Virus record (IMG/VR): IMGVR_UViG_3300010399_000006
Location: 8,851-72,850 of that record
DNA length: 64,000 nucleotides
Strand: one strand, 5' to 3'
Source of the DNA: a virus
Of this stretch, positions 57,295 to 64,000 are shown piece after piece. Numbering within the stretch: position 1 is the stretch's first letter; each line of letters begins with the position of its first letter. The notes beneath the pieces are model-generated. The model was not told where the DNA came from. It did not search any database and saw only the letters and a program-made list of their open reading frames with translations. Both the position numbers and the translations under genes were made by a program.

Positions 57295-59965
57295 GTGAAC
57301 AAGCGAGAACTGAAAGCGAACGTCCTGCGTGGAGTGAAGCTGCTCGACGAGAAAGATCCATATTGGTGGAATGGTGGAGAGAACACACCACCGGCTATCG
57401 TCGGGATGGTTGGGCACATCGACCTGGACGAGCTTGATCTGAACATGCCACGGGCGTGCGTGCTTGGGCAAAGGCACGTCGATGGCTACGACGCTGGTCT
57501 GAACATGCTGGGATTGGTTGACGGTGACGACGGTGACGTTGTGGAGTCGTCGGACAGGTATGGGTTTTCGGCGTACGAGTACCCCAACGATAGCTTGCAA
57601 AGCTGGTCGTTCCTCACCGAGTTGTGGACCGCTGTCATCCAGTCTCGCCGCTTCCCCGAGCGTGAGATAGCGAGTGATCCATTCTGCGTGAAGGCAAACA
57701 AGAGTTGGGTACGTACCCAATCAGAGGGGAGTGTCAGCAAATGAGTAACAGCAATGGCAGTAAGTCGGTAGATCCAGTAGATCCATTCGATGGTATGGAC
57801 CCCAACGCAGCACGGGTGTTGATCGCGAAGGACGTAATTAAGTGGCTACGTCTGGGTAAGTTCAAAGCCACTCCCGGTACGTACGTCGAACTGAAGACGC
57901 CGAAGGACCGAGAGATGATGTCCAAGCCAACTGATGCCAAAGATCTACTCAACCTCAGCAGCAGACTGAAACCGTGCTACGTCTGCCAACGGGGTGCTCT
58001 GATGTTGGCGGCGGTTGATCGGTTCGACAAGTGCGAGGTTACCGTTGGTCACTCGTTGGATTGGACACTGGACGCGGCAGCCAGCTACGACGAACCCGAT
58101 GGACTCGGTCAGTTCTTCTCGGTTGATCAATACGAGGATATGGAGTGTGCCTTCGAGGGCAAATGGCTAAAACGCTATCCCAAGGCATCTGATCGTATGG
58201 ACGCCATCTGCCGGAACCTGATCAAGAACAACGGGGTGTTCATCATCGACGATATTCCGAAACCACGACCGAAGCCGCGACCAAAATCATCACCAGCTCA
58301 GACGATGGCGGTAGATACCGAGTTGTAAGTTGGCGGAGTTGTGGTATGATCTGGTACGTACTGGAGGGTACAACCGATGATCAGATGTCAGTCTCGAATC
58401 CAGAAGGAGTTCAAGTCGCGCAAAGCTGATTCGCATTGGCCCATCTCAGCGTGGCCCGATCTCAAACCGGACGCCCCTCAGCACGCCAACATGAAGCTAC
58501 CGGAGTGCGGCGGTAAGATCGTCATTACCGTGGAGATAGAAGTGGAACCGTACATGGGCGGTGAAGATCATCGACTGGCAATCAGTATCGTGTGCTCTCG
58601 ATGCAAGTACCCGTATGTGGATGGTTATCAGGATCTACGGCACAGCGTGGCGATGGGCGGGAAGTTGGACGTGACGAAGTTACTGGAGGGCTGAAGATGA
58701 CAACCAGAAAGAGAATGCGGAAGGTCGATACGTGGATCAGACCAATCAATCTGCATCTGGATAAGACTCACGACACCTGCGAGGCACCGATCAAACAGCG
58801 ATCAGTCTGCATTCAAGTGGCGAGTGGGTACCGGATGGATCTCTGGTTGGAAGACGACGGTAGCCTCCACATGGTACCCAGTACGCCGAAGACTGAGATC
58901 ATCGTCACTCGTGGTGCTGGCGGTGATGGGTTTGAAGTACGAGTGGAGAAGATCCGATGAAGAGCAAAGCCAAGATCCCTAAGACCATCAGTGCTGCGTA
59001 CCTGAAGCGTCACGGTGCTTGCGAGAGAGCTATCGTTCAGTTCGTGGAGCTGTTCGGTCCGAAGCCGGTACCGATCACTCGCGATAACTGGCTGAAAGCC
59101 AAACGCTGGCGCGGTGGACTTCTGGACCCGCACTGGCTTTGTAATCTGCTGGACGTGTGCGGCGGCTACAACTCGAATTGCCCCGACACATCAGCCAAAG
59201 TCTTCCGCAAGATCTTCGGGGGTACCTAAAGGTGGCAACTAGACCAACATCATTCCGTCAAGCACGTATCCGCCGACTCTCCCGATCGCTGGCTGAGGAG
59301 GTCAACCCCGCCACGCTGGAAGCAATGCGGCAAGCCAACGTCAAATTGGAAAACCGTATCGATGCCCTCCAACAGTTACAGGATGCCGAGCGAGAGTTGA
59401 GGGCAGCGGTACATGAGTGGTTCATGCGAGAAGAGACAGAGTTGGTAGTGGATATAGTGGAGGAGGGAGCCGGATATACTGAGTACATACCAGTAATTCT
59501 GCACTGGTTACGTGAAAATGAGAAGTACGCACTGCACTACTGGGTGTTCGAAAGAGTACTCGGTGGAGAGCTGCCGAGATACCTGTGCGGGTACTGTAGA
59601 GATCCGAAGTGCGGCGGTGCGTGGGCATGTAAGAAGTTCGTGGCAGAGGCGTGCGAGAGCGGGATGATGGAGGGAGAGCTGATCGATCACGAACGTCAAG
59701 TACGTATGCCGGTGCGAGTGAAGAAGGCGATACTGACGGTGGTACAGGCACGGGGGAGGGTTAACCAGTGAAGGAGTGGTACATAACTGGGTATGTATCT
59801 GCTGCCCTGACGCTGATCGTTTGTAGCAGTATGGGGTACTTCTGGATTCACTACAGAGCAGGCTGGTTTGGGTATGCGTTCGGAGTATTCTGCATCCTAT
59901 ACGGTGTGGGTATTGCCACTTTATATATCGTCACGATTGGCCGAAGTGGATGGTGGACGAAATGA
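57295..59965 (+). CDS. Run of hypothetical genes (57295-57744, 57741-58328, 58377-58694, 58697-58960, 58957-59229, 59232-59771, 59768-59965 membrane protein)
   Basis: Contiguous ORFs, most with GGAGGG-type SDs or overlaps. Confidence 0.65.
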
Positions 59966-60567
59966 AATCCGTTCATCAGACTCGCGAACAGTGGTTGAGT
60001 GCCGCCACCACTATCTTCCGCGACTGGTTCTCCGCCCTCAACTACGACCTACCAAAACTCATCAGAGTCAGCGTAGGGTTTCCATCCCGCAACGCTCTAT
60101 CTAATCGCAACCGCGCTATCGGTCAGTGTTGGTCGGCGCCAGAATCCAGTCCTGACGGATCGTGTCATATCTTCATCAGTCCAGTTCTCGGCGATGCTCT
60201 ACGGGTGGCTGATGTGCTGATCCACGAACTCTGCCATGCGTCAACTAAAGACCACGGACACCGTAGTGCGTTTAAACAGGTGGCGGTGGCTATGGGTCTG
60301 ACCGGCAAGATGACCGCCACTGAAGCAACACCAGAACTAGTGCGGCGGTTGGATGGAGTGATGAAGCAGCTTGGTGAGTATCCGCATTCGGTGTTAGATC
60401 CGAAGAACTCACCAATGAAAAAGGCCAGAACGAGGCTCCTTAAAGCTGAGTGTAGTGGTGGTAAGAGATCTGGTTGCGGGTACATCATTCGGGTGACGCA
60501 GAAGTGGATCGATAGCAGTGGACTGCCGACGTGTCCGTGCGGAGAAGAGTTTGAGGTGATGTCATGA
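59962..60567 (+). CDS. SprT-like zinc metalloprotease with C-terminal Zn ribbon
   Basis: IGQCW, IFISP, VLIHELCH..GH...FK, C...CGY...CPCG. Confidence 0.85.
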   Translation: MKSVHQTREQWLSAATTIFRDWFSALNYDLPKLIRVSVGFPSRNALSNRNRAIGQCWSAPESSPDGSCHIFISPVLGDALRVADVLIHELCHASTKDHGHRSAFKQVAVAMGLTGKMTATEATPELVRRLDGVMKQLGEYPHSVLDPKNSPMKKARTRLLKAECSGGKRSGCGYIIRVTQKWIDSSGLPTCPCGEEFEVMS

Positions 60568-62061
60568 CAGACGCCTTTGTACTTCGTCAGCTTCACTATG
60601 ATCTCGATCGCGACTTGAAGCGAATAGCTAAGCGGTTCAAGAATCCGAAGATCACGCTTGTGGTCCGCAATCTAGATGTGGCTGATGGTGACGTGGTGCT
60701 TACTGACGACGACACCGAGGCTGCCATTGCTGCCATTCGCAAACTCTATCCGACTGAGGTAGTATCGTGAATGACGGTACGTACCTAGTCGCCTATTGCA
60801 AATCTGGTTGTGTAGTGGGCTGGTCCAGTCTCAAACCGTCCATGCTGCTCATCGACGTACAGAAGTTCGCCAGTACTGCTAGGCAGCACGGATACCGGAT
60901 CGATGAAGTTAGTGGTAGTGGCGGTCCACCGGAGTACGTGAATCTGTGGTGCGGACACCGATGAACAGGAGAAACTGATGGCACACTACTGCACAGAGGA
61001 TGAAGAGGATCGGTATACCACCGTGGATGAAGATGGAGACCGGTTGCTTGAGGTACATATCCCAGGTAGTGACGGCCGCGACGATTGTCCTCACGCGTAC
61101 GTGTGCCTGCCACACCAGTGTGACCGATGGGTAATTGGTGGGGCAGCGGAGGTCCGCGCTTTGATGAAGGACTTGGAGCAACTGCTGCCGCGTCTGGTGG
61201 AGTGGGAAGAGTCGAGTGGAGCAAAGAGCGGAGTATCGAATGATTGATCTACTCTTCGGCATCCTGATCGGTCTCACCGTCTACCCGATCGGCCAGTGGC
61301 TGTTCTCTAAGTGGCTGGACCGCCCCAGACCGTTCAGGATCGATCGGGATTTCCGTAACCCATGTCGGGATTGCACTATCGGGAGGGCGTCCTGAGCGAC
61401 GTGGGAGTGCTACAGAGTGGGTCATTTGGTGAGCAGTATGGGTCAATTGTTGACCAACTTACCCGATAAGGAATTAGGTTGATGGCCGTAAGTGGGTACC
61501 GCAATTGGGAACAGAAAGCAGCGTGGAATGGCCGAGAGGTAGTGCGGTATTTACGGCTGGCTAGACTGGCTAGCTCCAAGCGGCAGTTCGTGAGTAGGTT
61601 GCACTGGGCTGTAGTGCACGCTACGGCGGCGTGGAAACTAGCAGTGAAAGCAACTGCGGAGACTGCGAGATAGGGATAGGCACGCTTTCCCCTCCCTGTC
61701 CCGCAATTCGTGAGAGGATGAAGGAATGACGACGATCGACGATAGCGACTGCCCTCTCCACGTGCGGCTACATCCAGACGAGAAATGTACGTGCCCACAG
61801 AAACCGCCCGGTAATCATCTGCCGCCCGGTAATTGGCACGCAATCGAAGGGCCCAACGGCATGTGCGCATGCGGTCCGATCAACGGATGTCCTGAGCGAC
61901 TGAACGCGCACATCGCCAATCTCCTAGACGACGAACGAAACAGCGTGCTGGAGGAGATACCGGATGTGTGGCGTCGGTCGCCAGGAACGTTGGTCGAGAA
62001 AGTCCGCGCAATGGTTTCGTTCTTCGCAAGCGATTCCGTGCCAACTCCCCAAAACGAGTAG
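60564..62061 (+). CDS. Small hypothetical genes (60564-60770, 60767-60964, 60978-61247, 61726-62061)
   Basis: SD sequences and coupling. Confidence 0.6.
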
Positions 62062-62085
62062 TCACCACTCTGTGGGGGTAATTCT

Positions 62086-62589
62086 GTGATTCGACACTAC
62101 GCCAATTTGACGAACGGCCTTGGATGGTGGACTCGTATGCCAGAGCCGCGCTCAGTCATCCGTATCCCTAGTACCTACCTAGAGCAAAAGCTCTTCGACG
62201 ATCTCTTGCGAGGTCTAGATGCTGCTTTTCTATTGGCTATCGCATCTGGCGATGAATGCATTGTCTACGATCAGGGGGCGCGCAAACCAACGTCTCGGGC
62301 AATCTGGCAGGGATTGCCGTTCATCGTAGCGGCACTCAGTTGGCGATGGAGACGTGTGGAGGTGCCGGTCGTTTGGCGTGGACATGATGCATCGGTGTAC
62401 GCCCACGGTCAGATTCGTCAGCTCGACCCGAAGACGAAATCGTACCTCGATTACTTCAAGCGGTACGACTTGGGGGGTCCGATCGTTGTTCGCGGTGTGT
62501 GCGAACCTACGGACAGGGATGGGGATAAGCGGTACTACGCTGATGAGGTTAGCGACCGATCGGGCATAGGCGAGGAGGTAAGTACCTAG
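62086..62589 (+). CDS. Hypothetical protein
   Basis: YANLTNGL...IRIPST.LEQ...VYD.G...SRAIWQG; globular composition. Confidence 0.7.
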   Translation: MIRHYANLTNGLGWWTRMPEPRSVIRIPSTYLEQKLFDDLLRGLDAAFLLAIASGDECIVYDQGARKPTSRAIWQGLPFIVAALSWRWRRVEVPVVWRGHDASVYAHGQIRQLDPKTKSYLDYFKRYDLGGPIVVRGVCEPTDRDGDKRYYADEVSDRSGIGEEVST

Positions 62590-62603
62590 CTCTGGTTGGG
62601 GTC

Positions 62604-62633
62604 TTGACAGAACGTCAGTAGTCCTCATATGCT
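62604..62633 (+). promoter_or_regulatory. sigma70-type promoter
   Basis: TTGACA-18 nt-TATGCT; shares TTGACAG.ACGTCAG with the 2240 promoter. Confidence 0.65.
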
Positions 62634-62679
62634 GGTGGCTTGCCGAATCACACCATCAGCTCTGGGGAGGGATCGCCGA

Positions 62680-63552
62680 ATGCCGACGATCGGTAAAGCT
62701 AGAAGACGTACTTCCGCCGTCGTTCCCGCTTCCACTTCCCGTCCACGCCGCACTACCCACCACCGTACGTTCTCGTCTCTCCAACCAGAACAGGAATCAG
62801 AACAGCCATCTCAGCACTTCCAGGTAGATTCCCAACCACCAGGACGGATACGCCAGTACTTACCACCCGACGACCCCAACTCCGAATGGAACCAGCGCTC
62901 TCCCGAGACCCCCGAAGGGCGGCTATCCGGTCTCAAAGAATCTGACTGGTCAGTACCACAGGGGGATGAGCCCTACCTTAGAGACGATGATGGGAGCAGA
63001 TCCGGCTCTCGATCAGGCAACGGCGAAGGCCAGCAATACGACAAGCGCTACCGAGCTGAAGACTTCCACGTCGCCACCATTAACTCCTACGACCATCAAG
63101 TCACGATCAGCGTACCGATGACTCGCGAGATGTTGGTGAGAGTACAGACCATTCTGCGGTCGAAGCGGTTACCGTTTAGTTCTCGCGAGAACTTTGTAAA
63201 CGTAGCGGTGTTCGAACTCATTCAGATCTGCAACCGTCTCGAACCGCTACCTGATTCGCACATCGCCGTCTTGGAGTCGATGAACGATCTCAACCACAAC
63301 TTCAAAGTGATGGTGGACTACGACTACACCATACGGCAATCGTGTCGAGTGATACATGATCTGGTAGAGCAGCGACTAAAGAATAATGCCAGAATTATGG
63401 TGCATGATCTGCTGCGAGATATTCAGCGGATCAAGAGTAGAGAAGTACGGGAGAAGCACCGCAAACGGGTGGTTGAGGAGTTCGGATCGCTGATCGGCGA
63501 GGCGAAGCCGGTTAGTGGTAGGCCGGTACGTACCAACAAGAAAAGACGTTGA
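62680..63552 (+). CDS. Protein with disordered N-half and ribbon-helix-helix-like domain
   Basis: GGGGAGG SD; VTISVPMTREMLVRVQTIL....FSSRENFVNVAVFELI. Confidence 0.65.
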   Translation: MPTIGKARRRTSAVVPASTSRPRRTTHHRTFSSLQPEQESEQPSQHFQVDSQPPGRIRQYLPPDDPNSEWNQRSPETPEGRLSGLKESDWSVPQGDEPYLRDDDGSRSGSRSGNGEGQQYDKRYRAEDFHVATINSYDHQVTISVPMTREMLVRVQTILRSKRLPFSSRENFVNVAVFELIQICNRLEPLPDSHIAVLESMNDLNHNFKVMVDYDYTIRQSCRVIHDLVEQRLKNNARIMVHDLLRDIQRIKSREVREKHRKRVVEEFGSLIGEAKPVSGRPVRTNKKRR

Positions 63553-63577
63553 CAATCCGGTACGTACGACTTATACT
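63549..63577 (+). promoter_or_regulatory. Promoter containing GGTACGTACG
   Basis: TTGACA-17 nt-TATACT; ATG 6 nt downstream. Confidence 0.8.
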
Positions 63578-63583
63578 TCTCCC

Positions 63584-63886
63584 ATGAAGATTGAATTCGA
63601 CGTTGATGACAAGACCGTGATCTCTCTGGCGCACGATGCCATCCGTTCTAAGCTCGGCCCCAAGGGAACGGTCCCACACCTGCTCAGCGTAGAGATCGAT
63701 AAGCAACTCGCCGAGGTAGTCGCCGGGATGGATCTGCGTCAGACCATTCGCGCTCGGATCGACGAGGTAACCAAAGAGATCGTCGCCGATGCAGTCAACA
63801 ACCGGCTACGTGGGATTGCTCGCACCATCGTCAATCAGGAGATCGAAAGGGCACGCGCTACGGCCACTCTGGAAGCGACTGCGTGA
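63584..63886 (+). CDS. Helical hypothetical protein (likely leaderless)
   Basis: MKIEFDVDDK... start fits the promoter. Confidence 0.7.
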   Translation: MKIEFDVDDKTVISLAHDAIRSKLGPKGTVPHLLSVEIDKQLAEVVAGMDLRQTIRARIDEVTKEIVADAVNNRLRGIARTIVNQEIERARATATLEATA

Positions 63887-63891
63887 TCATT

Positions 63892-63985
63892 CAGGGGTTA
63901 GCTCAATTGGTAGAGCGTCGGCGTGCTAGGCTTCGGCCTAGCCACATGCCGGAGGTTGGTGGTTCGACTCCATCACCCCTGACCA
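63892..63985 (+). tRNA. tRNA-like RNA with an 18-nt hairpin inserted in the anticodon loop
   Basis: CAGGGGT/ACCCCTG-A-CCA, TA, GCTC-AATTGGTA-GAGC, TCGGC/GCCGG, AGGTT, GGTGG-TTCGACT-CCATC; the anticodon loop holds 25 nt. Confidence 0.88.
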
Positions 63986-64000
63986 AATCACCGTTCAGCA

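Noticed and set aside
1-64000. Stop-codon reassignment
   Set aside because: Core genes are intact in code 11, all three stops are used, and there is no suppressor tRNA.
1-64000. Prophage boundary or integrase
   Set aside because: No integrase or host housekeeping genes in the window; lifestyle cannot be decided here.

Overview
The window is part of a tailed dsDNA phage genome, cut at both ends. The virion module looks podovirus-like: there is no tape-measure gene and there are four large ejection-type proteins. Layout: (i) 1-11 kb, + strand: a 5'-truncated family A DNA polymerase, small accessory genes, lipoproteins, a vWA protein and an HNH-AP2 endonuclease. (ii) 11-37.8 kb, - strand: TerS, TerL, portal, scaffold, major capsid, tailspike, adaptor, nozzle, fibre, ejection proteins, M15 endolysin and holin candidates. 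(iii) 38-47 kb, + strand: GroES-like, HTH, HerA-like ATPase and H1-like genes, then an RNA cluster around tRNA-Arg(UCU). (iv) About 1 kb of non-coding DNA with an iteron-like array. (v) 48.7-64 kb, + strand: dozens of small, translationally coupled early-type genes. The most unusual content is non-coding. A 94-nt tRNA has an 18-nt UUCG-capped hairpin inserted in its anticodon loop (63892-63985). A pseudoknot and a ~330-nt structured segment flank an atypical tRNA-Arg. There are also two ~130-140-nt long-stem RNAs, hairpins that bury ribosome-binding sites, and a GGTACGTACC palindrome inside several sigma70-type promoters. All calls come from reading motifs and base pairing by eye; no searches or folding programs were run.
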